Positions 9,540 through 19,257 are shown, counted from the stretch's first letter. The stretch is DNA of 64,000 bases from a candidate division WOR-3 bacterium (GCA_049969615.1 JBMFOM010000001.1:32083-96082); one strand, 5' to 3'. The notes: a model not told the origin generated them from the sequence alone. Numbers and translations are program-made.

Positions 9540-11531
9540 ATGATCTCCTTAATCCTTGCAGGCTTGATTTCCTTCAACACCATCGTGGTAAAATTCCCGT
9601 TTTACGGGCAAAACCCCGGCCCCCTTGAGCGCCTGGGGGGCATATCCGTTAAATCCTTTAGGTCAGACACTGTCATAGCCTACGTCAACGAGGATGGGCT
9701 TGCTAGGCTCATATCCCTCGGACTTTCGCCGCAGATCATCATCCCGGACATCAGGGCCTATACAAAGGATCTCTTTGACAAGGGGGTTTATCACACATAC
9801 GATCAGGTGATAAGCATCATGACCGATTCCGCGGCCGCTCACTCGGACATCTGCAGGCTTGACACCATAGGACTTTCGGTTGAGAACAGGCTCATCCTCG
9901 CGTGGCGCATAACGGATAACCCAATGGTTGAGGAGGCTGAGCCAGAGGTCCGCGTCATGGGCAACATCCACGGTGACGAGGTAATAGGCTGTGAGGTCCC
10001 CCTTTACTTTGGCCTGCACCTTTTGAAGAACTATGGCTCTGATCCCGTGGTCACCCGGCTGGTTGATTCCACGGAGATCTGGGTTGTTCCCATGATGAAC
10101 CCAGATGGCCATTATCACGGCTACAGGGAGAATGCCCGCGGCGTTGACCTGAACCGGGACGCCGGCTACTACTGGGACGGGTGGGGAGGCTCGTCCGCTC
10201 CCTTTGGCGAGCCTGAGTCAAGAATATACTTTGCACATGCCCTCGGGAACGAACCAGCGATGGAGTGGGTCTATCACTCCGCGGCCTGGTATGTCAACTA
10301 CCCCTGGGATTACTCGCCAAAGGACCCGCCGGACTCTGGCCTCATAATAACCCTCTGCCAGATATACGCGGACTCGGACTACATGCAGGTCGTCACCAAC
10401 GGGTTTGACTGGTATCAGGTCTGCGGCTCCGTCCAGGACGCTGGCCAGGGCGTTGTTGGTGGGTATTTCATCACAATAGAGACAGACCAGCCCTCCAACG
10501 GCTCCGCGCAGATAGATTCCATATGCACCAGGAGCACAAAGGCCCTCCGTGGACTCATAAGCAGGGCCGGCTGGGGCATCTGGGGCATCGTCACGGACAA
10601 CATCAGCGGCCAGCCGCTCAAGGCAAGGGTTGAATTTGTTTCCCCTGATAGGATAACGGTTTTCACGGATTCCGCCCTTGGCGACTACCACAAGCTCCTC
10701 TCCCCCGGCACCTACACCGTCCGTTTCTGCGCTCAGGGCTACGCGCCGAATGAGGTCTCCGGGGTTGTGGTCCCTTCGTCCGGCTCGGTCAGGGTTGACG
10801 CGGCGCTCGCGCCTGATCCCGAATACAACTACGGGTTCAGGGTCATTTATATAACATATACGGAGGATGATTCCTGGGAACCGGACATCAGAGCGAGGAC
10901 ATGGAAGACCCTCGGGCCCCCGGATGGGGTTTATCAATCCCTGGGCGGCGGAGGCGAGATAGTCATTGACATGGGTCTTGATTCTGCCATTGTTGATGAT
11001 GCGACCAGCCCTGATTTCAGGGTCTACGAGGGCGACGCGTCCTCTGAATCCTACACGGCCTATGTTTCTTCGGACTGGAAAGGCGGTTGGGTTTCCTGTG
11101 GTTCTGCCTCTGGTTCCAACGATTTTGAGATACCGGGTTCCGGCGGCGTCTATCGTTATGTGCGCGTGGTTTCCGCATCCACATCGGAAACGGATTCCCT
11201 GGCTGGGTTTGACCTTGACGCTATTCGCTCCTACACCAAGATAGGAAACATCGGCATTGCCGAGCGCGTTGGCTCCCGGCCGGATTTGCAGGTGAATCTC
11301 CTAGGCAGTCCCGGCAGGGGTAGTGTTGCCCTTGAGCTTGTCCTGGAGAACGAATCCCCCGTTTCCATCAATATCTATGACGCCACTGGCAGGCTCGCCC
11401 TCGCTAGGGACATGGGCAGGTTGCCCCCGGGCCAGCACCAGGTCTTTTTGAGGCTCGTGAATGGCGTCTGGTTCATGAGGATCAAAGCCGGGGCCGAAAC
11501 GAGGACCCTGAAAGCTGTAGTCAGCGAATAA
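9540..11531 (+). CDS. Secreted M14-family zinc carboxypeptidase with a C-terminal T9SS (Por) sorting domain
   Basis: The ORF track starts at 9510 with MGYN, which is an artefact of the ATG inside the -10 box. The real start MISLILAGL... at 9540 follows GGAGG. It carries the M14 HGDE zinc motif (NIHGDEVIG). The C-terminal ~70 aa (YDATGRLALARDMG...VWFMRIKAG...) match a T9SS type-A sorting domain. Confidence 0.7.
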   Translation: MISLILAGLISFNTIVVKFPFYGQNPGPLERLGGISVKSFRSDTVIAYVNEDGLARLISLGLSPQIIIPDIRAYTKDLFDKGVYHTYDQVISIMTDSAAAHSDICRLDTIGLSVENRLILAWRITDNPMVEEAEPEVRVMGNIHGDEVIGCEVPLYFGLHLLKNYGSDPVVTRLVDSTEIWVVPMMNPDGHYHGYRENARGVDLNRDAGYYWDGWGGSSAPFGEPESRIYFAHALGNEPAMEWVYHSAAWYVNYPWDYSPKDPPDSGLIITLCQIYADSDYMQVVTNGFDWYQVCGSVQDAGQGVVGGYFITIETDQPSNGSAQIDSICTRSTKALRGLISRAGWGIWGIVTDNISGQPLKARVEFVSPDRITVFTDSALGDYHKLLSPGTYTVRFCAQGYAPNEVSGVVVPSSGSVRVDAALAPDPEYNYGFRVIYITYTEDDSWEPDIRARTWKTLGPPDGVYQSLGGGGEIVIDMGLDSAIVDDATSPDFRVYEGDASSESYTAYVSSDWKGGWVSCGSASGSNDFEIPGSGGVYRYVRVVSASTSETDSLAGFDLDAIRSYTKIGNIGIAERVGSRPDLQVNLLGSPGRGSVALELVLENESPVSINIYDATGRLALARDMGRLPPGQHQVFLRLVNGVWFMRIKAGAETRTLKAVVSE

Positions 11532-11868
11532 CCTCGCTCTTTATAGCTTTATCACCCTGTCCCCGGCCCTCAAAAGATACACTCCGGGCCTGAGTTCCCT
11601 GAGGTCGTTTCTCCCGTCCTTTCGCGCCCGGGGCCGCAATGCGCACATTGCCAGGCGTTATGCCCGCGAATATGGATGCATAGGTCGGGTTGGAGCAAGG
11701 ATTTGGCGGTTTCGGAGCAAAGATTTGGTTTCTCAAGTTATGACAATGGCCACGAGCACTCTAAGACCATTTGAGGAAAGGATGATGGCCATTGCATTGG
11801 ATATGTTCGGTCTTCCCAGAATACACAAGCCTTGATCCCGCGCGGAAACTGGGTTATAAGCGTGCTGA

Positions 11869-11898
11869 TTGAGCCGGTCCGGGCTCAGGAGCTATAAT
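11869..11898 (+). promoter_or_regulatory. Promoter TTGAGC-N18-TATAAT, placed 6 nt before the panC GTG start (leaderless arrangement)
   Basis: A TATAAT at 11893-11898 is followed by ctcggt and then the in-frame GTG at 11905. A second TATAAG copy of the conserved module sits just upstream at 11832-11860. Confidence 0.45.
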
Positions 11899-11904
11899 CT
11901 CGGT

Positions 11905-12759
11905 GTGCAGGTAATCAAAGCCGTTGGCGAAATGCGGGATGTTTCTGAGGCCTGGCGAAACCAGGGACTTGTCATTGGCTTCGTGCCAACCATGGGCGCG
12001 CTCCACGAGGGTCATTTATCCCTCATGCGCATAGCGAGAGCAAGGTCTGACAGGCTCGTTGTCTCAATATTCGTTAATCCCACCCAGTTCGGACCATCCG
12101 AGGATTACGCCTCTTATCCCAGAAACACGGACGAGGACCTCGCCATGTGCGAGGCCGAGGGTGTTGACGCGGTCTTCATGCCTTCCGTGGATGAGATGTA
12201 TCCGGAGGCCTACTCAACCTATATTGATGTTGAGGGTCTTACCGAGGGTTTGTGCGGCAGGTTCAGGCCAGGCCACTTCAGGGGTGTGGCGACTGTGGTC
12301 GCCAAGCTTTTCAATGCTGTGAGGCCCCACCTGGCTGTTTTCGGCATGAAGGACGCCCAGCAGTTCTTCGTGATAAAAAGGATGACCCGCGACCTTGATT
12401 TCGGCATAGAGATAATACCTGGCCCGACGATCCGGGAGCCGGATGGCCTTGCCATGAGCAGTCGCAACCGGTATCTCAGCCCCGAAGAGAGGGCTGATGC
12501 TCCTGTCATCTACAGGGCGCTTCTGGTAGCGAAAGACCTGGTTGAGCAGGGCGGGGTTCGCGATCCCCATCGCATAATTGAACAGATGGAACATTTCATC
12601 GCGGAGGAATCAACGCTTATCCGCATTCAATACATTGAGATAGTGAGCACGGCCGATCTCAGGCCAGTTGAGAGAATTGATGGCGAGGTCCTCATAGCTA
12701 TAGCGGCGTTTCTCGGAAAGGCAAGGCTAATTGACAACCTGATACTGAACATCCGGTGA
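11905..12759 (+). CDS. panC: Pantoate--beta-alanine ligase
   Basis: A GTG start gives VQVIKAVGEMRD...GFVPTMGALHEGHLSL, the canonical PanC N-terminus with the HxGH motif. The ORF track calls a TTG start at 11869. Confidence 0.85.
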   Translation: MQVIKAVGEMRDVSEAWRNQGLVIGFVPTMGALHEGHLSLMRIARARSDRLVVSIFVNPTQFGPSEDYASYPRNTDEDLAMCEAEGVDAVFMPSVDEMYPEAYSTYIDVEGLTEGLCGRFRPGHFRGVATVVAKLFNAVRPHLAVFGMKDAQQFFVIKRMTRDLDFGIEIIPGPTIREPDGLAMSSRNRYLSPEERADAPVIYRALLVAKDLVEQGGVRDPHRIIEQMEHFIAEESTLIRIQYIEIVSTADLRPVERIDGEVLIAIAAFLGKARLIDNLILNIR

Positions 12760-12965
12760 GCGCGCCTGAGCCAATAAACCAGATTTTGTGGCAAGTTGTA
12801 AGCTTTGAATTATCAGGAAAGTCAACGCTTGACACCCTCATCATGACTCCGGAACCCGGCCGCGGCAAAATCCGGAATCTCTTAAGCAAAACAAGACTTA
12901 TGAGGCCGTGGTTCTGTTCGGTCTCACCAAATACACGAATACATGATCCTGCGCTCAAAATTGGA

Positions 12966-13514
12966 TTATGGCGCGAGTTGCGGACCTCGCTGAGAGGGGC
13001 TTTGCCGGTCTGCGGTTTGGGTTTGGTCCTTTGGGCTATTGATGCTCTGTGATTTTTCGCCGCCCCTATGCCACAACTGCTCGTATTTGACGCCCAGGAG
13101 CGACGCTATCTTTTGTCTGAGTTCCGTGTGCCCGGTCTCCTTGTATATCAGCTTGAAGAGCTTGTGCGGCTCGATCCCTACGGCATCGGCTACGGCCTTT
13201 ACCGTTGGATAACCTGCCTTGTGAGCGATGCGGAGAAACCTCTTGGTGTCTTCCCTTGTGCCGTGAATGATTGATCGGGTGTGGGTCCTGAGTTTCTCCA
13301 GTGGGTCAGGCTCTCCCCATGTTTCTTCATAAGACAGGCCCAAGGTTTGGGCTATCCTTCTCCTGAGGAATATCGCGTCCCGTTTGTTTATGACTACCTG
13401 TGAAAGCCTTTGTCTTGATATTCCCATCTTTTCTGCCAGGCTGGCCATTGTGGGATAACCGAGCTTGTTGATCAGACTCAGGAACCTTTCGGATTCGGGT
13501 TTGGGTATGCCCAT
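12966..13514 (-). CDS. Tandem helix-turn-helix (XRE-like) DNA-binding protein
   Basis: Two ~60-aa repeats: ...LINKLGYPTMASLAEKMGISRQRLSQ...LGLSYEETW and ...IAHKAGYPTVKAVADAVGIEPHKLFK...LGVKYEQLW. Each resembles an HTH domain. Confidence 0.6.
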   Translation of the reverse strand: MGIPKPESERFLSLINKLGYPTMASLAEKMGISRQRLSQVVINKRDAIFLRRRIAQTLGLSYEETWGEPDPLEKLRTHTRSIIHGTREDTKRFLRIAHKAGYPTVKAVADAVGIEPHKLFKLIYKETGHTELRQKIASLLGVKYEQLWHRGGEKSQSINSPKDQTQTADRQSPSQRGPQLAP

Positions 13515-13559
13515 AGTTAGATTATGCAGTAAATTGCCATTGTTTTGCCACTTCTTTGC

Positions 13560-13788
13560 GTTTGGGCCAGGAGCGCTTTGTCCAAGAGAATAGGGTTCTA
13601 TAAGAGGAGTCCCTTGAAAAATCCCGCCACGAGGGCGTTTACTCTCAGGGTTCTCTTCTAGCTATGACGAGGCTCACATCGTGGTCGTAGGGTTTCTATG
13701 TCCCAACCGAGCTTCGGTTCTCTTCTAGCTATGATGAGGTTCACATATATGGACCAGGGACAAACCGGGATTTTTCAGGGGTTCCATA
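13560..13788 (+). repeat. Intergenic repeat family, copy A. It is extended and carries an internal ~60-bp tandem duplication.
   Basis: It shares ccaggagcgctttgtccaagagaa...cccctgaaaaatcccgcc...cagggttctcttctagctatgatgaggct...ggacaaaccgggatttttcagggg with the copies at 24491, 25777, 52138 and 62069. The segment ggttctcttctagctatgacgaggctcacat occurs twice. Confidence 0.85.
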
Positions 13789-13789
13789 A

Positions 13790-13818
13790 ATGATCCTGCG
13801 CAGAAAGTGGGTTATAAT
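13790..13818 (+). promoter_or_regulatory. Conserved promoter module ATGATCCTGCGC-N-GGGTTATAAT, with a leaderless ATG 6 nt downstream
   Basis: The sequence atgatcctgcgcagaaagtgggttataat is followed by atcttt and then ATG at 13825. Confidence 0.6.
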
Positions 13819-13824
13819 ATCTTT

Positions 13825-16266
13825 ATGATGATACTCGGTTTTGTTCTTCTCGCCGGCGACATAGAGGAGGGCGTCGTGTTCCGCCAGCGCCACATGTTCT
13901 CCGAGGCGGAGCGAGCGCTCAGGAGGGCTGTTTATGTTGGGGAGGACACCCTCCGGGCAAAGGCCGAGCTCGCTATAACCTATTACAAGTGGAAGAAATA
14001 CCCAGAGGCCGCGGCAATTTTTTCCAGCATGCAGGAGCTCCTGAACGAGGAGATGTGGGGATATTACCTCGTTTGCCTTCAGGAATTTGATCCGGATAGA
14101 CTCTCGGGCCTGATTGATTCCTTGTCCGGTCAAAAGGATACCTTGGCCCTCCGGATTGCCCTCATGGGCATGTGGCTCAATGATAACAATTCCGGGGCAG
14201 ATTCTGTTGGGCTGAGGCTCGTTTCACTCAATCCAGCTTGTTCTGGTTCCACGCTCTTCGTGAAGGAGCTCGCGAACAACGCGCTCGCCCTGCCGGATTC
14301 CGAGCGGATAAAACGCATTTCCTCGTTTGAGGAACGGATATGGAGGTGTCCGGCCTTCTCCTGGCCTCTGAGAATCAAGGTGGTCTCCATGATCACCCTC
14401 GGTGACACTGCCAGCGCTATATCCGAGCTCAGAAAGTGGACGAAGAGAAAACCGGACGATCCGGAATTGCTCCTGGGCTCAGCGAGCCTGGTCGTGAATT
14501 TCGGCCTTGATGTTCCAGAAGCGGCCGCTTGGGCCAAGGATGCCTTTGTCCTTGCGGGCCAAAAACCCCTTGAGGGCGACGGTCTGGAATCCCCTCAGGA
14601 AAGGAGAATGAGGGCCTTGTTTTATCACGCCATACTCTCTGGCAAGCAGGATGACGAGCTCTGGAAGGATGTTCAGCTTCCTCCGGCGAACAATGACCTG
14701 GGCTTGGTCTCCCTGTATCAATACACGATGGGCCTGCTGGAGCGCGGCCGAGGCAACATGACCCAGGCGAAGGAACATTTCCTCCTTTCGGTTGTGGTTG
14801 GTTCTCCCAGGAACACCTGGCCGGAGAAATCTCTGAAGGCACTCGCTGACATAGGAGTCACCGATCCAGTTGCTGAGGTTAGGAGGATGTTGAATTACTC
14901 TGGCGTCGTTTTTTCTGACAGGACAGCGGATCTTGGTTTTCCTGCGGATATGAGGGCCACCCGCGTAGCGGTTGGTGACTATAACCGGGATGGGTGGGAT
15001 GACCTTCTCATTCAGGGGAGGTTGTTTGAGAACAGGAGGGGCAAGGGTTTCACCGAGGTCACTGACAAGGTTGGGCTTTCTGGGGTTTCCGGATCCGGCG
15101 CGCTGTTTCTGGATTACAACGCGGATGGCTGGGATGATATACTCATAGTTGGTGAGGCCGAGAGGCTCTTCAGGAACGAGAAGGCCAGGAGATTCAAGGA
15201 GGTAACATCAGACGCGGGCATATCCGATACCCTCCCGACAGAGGGCGCGTCCGGGTTTGACCTTAACGGAGATGGGTGGCCCGAGATATACCTTGCCAAC
15301 TACGAGTCAGGCGGGCTGGGAAAGGGAACCCCTGATGTTCTCTGCTTGAACGAACGCGGGAGGTTCCAGCCCACCGAGATTGCCCCTGAAACCCTTTGCG
15401 GCAGGGGGGTTGCCCCTTGCGATTTTGACATGGATGGGGATATTGATCTGTATGTGGCTAATTACAGGCTCCAGAGGAACTTTCTCTATGTGAATCAGGC
15501 CGGTTTGCTCTCAGATTCGGCGTTTCAGTACGGGGTTGCGGGAAAGGACAGAAGGGATTGGTTCGGACACTCAATAGGCCCTGCCTGGGCAGATTACGAT
15601 AACGATGGGGATTTTGACCTCCTGGTCTGCAACCTGGCTCACCCAAGATACATAGATTTCTCCGAGAAGACGGTTTTATATCAGGCGACAGGAAACCGGG
15701 ACGCGCCCTTTCAGGATGTCCGCTCTGAGGTGGGCATAGCATATGACGAGTGCTGCTCCGAGCCGCTCTGGGGGGATTTTGACAACGATGGCGACCTTGA
15801 CCTTTTCATCACCTCCATATATGAGAAAGAGAGGAGCTACCTTTACCAGAACATGCTTTCCGAGACCGGCGAACCCCGTTTCCAAGATATGACATACCCT
15901 GCTGGCGCTCGCGTCCTGAACGGCTGGGGGACCGCGGCCCTGGATTTTGACCAGGACGGAGACCTGGATATCGCGGTTGGCTCCGGCTCAGGTTTCCGTT
16001 TTCTGGTCAACGAGACCAAGACCAACAACGCCTGGATAGAGATAGAGGGACTGCCGCCGGGCGCGGTCGTGAGGCTGGTGGCCGGGGATGCCCTGATGAC
16101 AAGGCAGGTTGAGTTCGCCAAGGGCACGACATCACAGAGCTCGCCCGTCCTACATTTTGGACTCGGCTCCTGGCGTGGCGAGGTGGCAATTGGGGTCTCC
16201 TATCTGGGCAAGAGGAAGACCATAAAGACCAGGGACTTGAACCGCCGGATAAAGTTGAGGATATAG
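13825..16266 (+). CDS. TPR-like N-terminal region, FG-GAP/VCBS repeats and a C-terminal ASPIC/UnbV-like domain (CRTAC1-like)
   Basis: The ORF track starts at 13807 (MGYN artefact). At least seven D-x-D/N-x-D-G-x-x-D repeats are present (DYNRDGWDDLL, DYNADGWDDIL, DLNGDGWPEIY, DFDMDGDIDLY, DYDNDGDFDLL, DFDNDGDLDLF, DFDQDGDLDIA). The C-terminus is WIEIEG...VSYLGKRKT. Confidence 0.65.
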   Translation: MMILGFVLLAGDIEEGVVFRQRHMFSEAERALRRAVYVGEDTLRAKAELAITYYKWKKYPEAAAIFSSMQELLNEEMWGYYLVCLQEFDPDRLSGLIDSLSGQKDTLALRIALMGMWLNDNNSGADSVGLRLVSLNPACSGSTLFVKELANNALALPDSERIKRISSFEERIWRCPAFSWPLRIKVVSMITLGDTASAISELRKWTKRKPDDPELLLGSASLVVNFGLDVPEAAAWAKDAFVLAGQKPLEGDGLESPQERRMRALFYHAILSGKQDDELWKDVQLPPANNDLGLVSLYQYTMGLLERGRGNMTQAKEHFLLSVVVGSPRNTWPEKSLKALADIGVTDPVAEVRRMLNYSGVVFSDRTADLGFPADMRATRVAVGDYNRDGWDDLLIQGRLFENRRGKGFTEVTDKVGLSGVSGSGALFLDYNADGWDDILIVGEAERLFRNEKARRFKEVTSDAGISDTLPTEGASGFDLNGDGWPEIYLANYESGGLGKGTPDVLCLNERGRFQPTEIAPETLCGRGVAPCDFDMDGDIDLYVANYRLQRNFLYVNQAGLLSDSAFQYGVAGKDRRDWFGHSIGPAWADYDNDGDFDLLVCNLAHPRYIDFSEKTVLYQATGNRDAPFQDVRSEVGIAYDECCSEPLWGDFDNDGDLDLFITSIYEKERSYLYQNMLSETGEPRFQDMTYPAGARVLNGWGTAALDFDQDGDLDIAVGSGSGFRFLVNETKTNNAWIEIEGLPPGAVVRLVAGDALMTRQVEFAKGTTSQSSPVLHFGLGSWRGEVAIGVSYLGKRKTIKTRDLNRRIKLRI

Positions 16267-16271
16267 CGCTT

Positions 16272-17390
16272 ATGCGGGTCCTGCTCCTTGCGGATGCCTC
16301 CTCATTTCACACCCTTAAGTGGTTCCGCGCCTACAGGGCTCGCGGCGCCGATGTCCTTCTGGTTAGCCTTGAGCCTCCGCGAGAGGAGCTCTCGGATGTT
16401 TGCGTTTTCCTTAACCCTCCCGTGGCCTCGCGGCCATTCCATTATATTTTAGCCACCGGCAGGATAAGGGCGTTAGCCTCAGAGTTCAGGCCGGACATCC
16501 TGAACGCTCACATGGCAACTGGATACGGCCTCTTGGCCGCGTTGTCCTCCAGGAAAGCGAGGCTGGTCGTCTCCCTCTGGGGGCCGGATGTGCTTGAGAG
16601 CCCCAGAAGAGGACCTCTGCACCGCGCGGCCCTCCGGTTCGTCTTCCGTAAGGCTCATCTCCTTCAGACCGATGCCCGCGTTATGGACAGGATTCTGGCC
16701 GAGGATTTCGGCGTCCCCCGCGAGAAGATGTTTTTCATGCCATATGGCCTTTCTCCCGAGCTCCTGGAAACGCCCCTTCCGGATTTTAGGCCCGGCCCCC
16801 CATGGAAAATAATCAGCCACAGGAAACTTGAACCCCTGTATTCACCTTTCACCGTGCTTGAGGCTTTATCGCGTTTGAAGGCCACGGGCCACGATTTCAC
16901 CATGACCTTTGCCTCTGGCGGTTCCCTTGAACAAGCCATCAGGGACAGCATGGCGCGACTGGGAATTCCTGGCGAGGTTACAGGGTGGCTACCCGAACGG
17001 GAACTGCACGGTCGCATCGCTGGCTCACACATATTCATCTCTGCCTCGCTCTCAGACTCAACCCCTGTTTCTTTGCTTGAGGCCATGGCCCTCGGCGTTT
17101 TCCCGGTCGTGTCCGATTTACCCGCAAAGGGCGAATGGGTCGTTGATGGCTTGAACGGGTTCCTCTTTAACCCAACATGCCCACAGGATCTGGCGAATAA
17201 GCTCAAGGCATGCTTTGATAACCCCCGGATCATTGTCAGGGCCCGAGAAATTAACAAGGCCATGGTTCGTGAGCGGGCTGACTGGGAGAGGAATTTTGAT
17301 CGTTTCCTTGAGACGCTGGAAAGCCTGCCACCAGAGCCTCTTACGCTTTCAAAACCAACGGGAGTCCTGCCGTGGAGCTACCTGAGATGA
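16272..17390 (+). CDS. Glycosyltransferase, GT4 family
   Basis: The C-terminal LEAMALGVFPVVSDLPAKGEWVVDGLNGFLF is the GT4 E-x7-E region. The ORF starts 6 nt after the upstream gene. Confidence 0.75.
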   Translation: MRVLLLADASSFHTLKWFRAYRARGADVLLVSLEPPREELSDVCVFLNPPVASRPFHYILATGRIRALASEFRPDILNAHMATGYGLLAALSSRKARLVVSLWGPDVLESPRRGPLHRAALRFVFRKAHLLQTDARVMDRILAEDFGVPREKMFFMPYGLSPELLETPLPDFRPGPPWKIISHRKLEPLYSPFTVLEALSRLKATGHDFTMTFASGGSLEQAIRDSMARLGIPGEVTGWLPERELHGRIAGSHIFISASLSDSTPVSLLEAMALGVFPVVSDLPAKGEWVVDGLNGFLFNPTCPQDLANKLKACFDNPRIIVRAREINKAMVRERADWERNFDRFLETLESLPPEPLTLSKPTGVLPWSYLR

Positions 17391-18526
17391 AGGTAATGGC
17401 CTTGACCCTCGCGAAAAGGCATTGGGTAACCGGGATATGGACATTTCTTGATATGACGAGGAAAGCGCTTGAGGCAGTCGGGATTGAGTATCGCGTCCCG
17501 GATCACTGGTTGAACCACAGACAGCCCAGGTGGCCGCTACGATCTATGGTCAGAGTTGTTTCCTGGCTCGCGGGAACACCTTATGAGATCAATGTCCGCA
17601 GGTGGTTGATCGGCCCTGCGCTTTCAGGAATAGCGAGGCGAGAGAGCCGCTTCTATAACCCGGATGTCCTGCACATCCAGGGGAGTCTCGCGGCTGGCCT
17701 CATCCTGGAATTTCTCATGGAGGAGCGCGTCCCTTGGGTCCTGCACCTTCACAGCATAGATTCCGAGCTCATCAGGGCAGAAGGGCTTGCGCCGGATCAC
17801 CCCCTGGTCATCCTCTCGGATCACCTTCTCAGGAAGTCCATAGCCTCTGCACCGGTGGTCTGCGCCATTTCAAGGAATCTCGTTGACAGGATAGCCGCGC
17901 TCGGAATTGATGTGTCACGGATCAGGGTGGTTCACAATCCGATCATCATCCCCGAACTCCCTGAGCCACCTCCCTGCGGGCCTTATGTCTTTCTGCCCGC
18001 GAGACTGAGCCCAGAGAAGGGCGTTGACATAGCCATATCAGCCTGGAAAGGGGTTGAGAAGGAGTGCCCTGGCGTGAGCCTGATTATAGCGGGGACAGGC
18101 CCCCAGCAGGACGCCCTCATGGAGATGGTTCAGAGAGCCGGGGCGACCGGCATCAGGTTCCTCGGCAAACTATCGTGGGAAGAAACCCTCGCCTGGACAA
18201 AGCGCGCGCTCGTTCTGCTTCATCCCACGGTCCCCAGGGGTGGAACAAGGGAAGGGCTTGGCATGACGGTTTTGGAGGCAATGGCCCTGGGGGTTCCTGT
18301 CATATCAAGCGACAGGGGTGGTGCGGCAGAGGCCCTGGGTGATGCGGGAATATTTGTTCCTCCGCTGGATGCAGAGGCCATGGGCCAAGCGATCATCCGC
18401 CTCATCAGGGATGAGGCCCTCCGGCACGAGCTCAGCCACAGGGGGATTCAGAGGGCAGAGGAGATGTTCGGGCCGGACCTATATGCGAGCAAAATGGCCA
18501 GGGCATTCAAAGATGCTGTCGGATGA
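17372..18526 (+). CDS. Glycosyltransferase, GT4 family
   Basis: The LEAMALGVPVISSDRGGAAEALGDAGIFV motif is present. It overlaps the previous GT4 gene by 19 nt, so the two are in one operon. Confidence 0.75.
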   Translation: MELPEMKVMALTLAKRHWVTGIWTFLDMTRKALEAVGIEYRVPDHWLNHRQPRWPLRSMVRVVSWLAGTPYEINVRRWLIGPALSGIARRESRFYNPDVLHIQGSLAAGLILEFLMEERVPWVLHLHSIDSELIRAEGLAPDHPLVILSDHLLRKSIASAPVVCAISRNLVDRIAALGIDVSRIRVVHNPIIIPELPEPPPCGPYVFLPARLSPEKGVDIAISAWKGVEKECPGVSLIIAGTGPQQDALMEMVQRAGATGIRFLGKLSWEETLAWTKRALVLLHPTVPRGGTREGLGMTVLEAMALGVPVISSDRGGAAEALGDAGIFVPPLDAEAMGQAIIRLIRDEALRHELSHRGIQRAEEMFGPDLYASKMARAFKDAVG

Positions 18527-18595
18527 TCCCTCATCAGCAACCCAACCTTGACACCATAATTTGCTGGTCTGAGCGCGGTGAGGGCAAAAACAAGG

Positions 18596-18620
18596 CCCCG
18601 GCGCGCGGGAAACGCCGGGG
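18596..18620 (-). terminator. GC-rich hairpin (ccccggcg / cgccgggg) between convergent genes. It is followed on the minus strand by a T-rich tract.
   Basis: An 8-bp perfect stem with a 9-nt loop. The minus-strand reading continues ccttgtttttgccc. Confidence 0.5.
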
Positions 18621-18645
18621 CATTAAAAAGACCTCTGACGGGGGA

Positions 18646-19257
18646 TTATCTCACCATGAGAAGTTTCTCCACTTTCTTGAAGTCGCCAGCCTCATATCTC
18701 AGGATGTAGAGTCCCTGGGATACCTTGGTTCCTGACTCGGATTCGCCGTTCCAGATTACAGTGTAGTTGCCGGAGCCAGGTTTGCCCCTGGCGAGATTCT
18801 TGACCACGCGTCCAGAGAGGTCATAGACTGCCAGGGACACCTCGCGCTCATCCGCAACCCCATACTGAATAACGACCCTGCCTTTTGAGGGATTAGGGGA
18901 TGGGGGGGCCAGAAAAGTGGTGAACCTCTGGGCTCCGGGTTCCTCCCCTATCCCCTCATACAGGGGCTGGAGGTCAGGCCACCAGAAACCAAAGTAGCCC
19001 GTGTATGTCCCGCCACCAGCATAGCTTATCTGATCGCAGGGTTCGCCAATAGTGACCCCGAGATAAAAACCGCCAGGAGCCTGGAGTCCACCGATGGAGT
19101 CTGATGAGCCGCCCGATCCTATTATCACCCAGAAGTTAATGGTGTCCAGGGCCATGGGTCTGAATGGCTCGTAGCCGGGCTGGCTCATGAGCGCGGAGGG
19201 CCTCTGAACCTGGGATACACCAAAACTCAGGGCTATGAGCAGAAGTGGGCCTGGCAT
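18646..19257 (-). CDS. Small secreted protein with a T9SS C-terminal sorting domain
   Basis: It has the signal peptide MPGPLLLIALSFGVSQV. The C-terminus is VSLAVYDLSGRVVKNLARG...GLYILRYEAGDFKKVEKLLMVR. Confidence 0.6.
   Translation of the reverse strand: MPGPLLLIALSFGVSQVQRPSALMSQPGYEPFRPMALDTINFWVIIGSGGSSDSIGGLQAPGGFYLGVTIGEPCDQISYAGGGTYTGYFGFWWPDLQPLYEGIGEEPGAQRFTTFLAPPSPNPSKGRVVIQYGVADEREVSLAVYDLSGRVVKNLARGKPGSGNYTVIWNGESESGTKVSQGLYILRYEAGDFKKVEKLLMVR

Noticed and set aside
11521-11736. 71-aa minus-strand ORF in the carboxypeptidase-panC intergenic region
   Set aside because: It has no RBS or promoter, an Arg/Gly/Pro-rich low-complexity translation, and it overlaps the carboxypeptidase stop. 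It is most likely non-coding.
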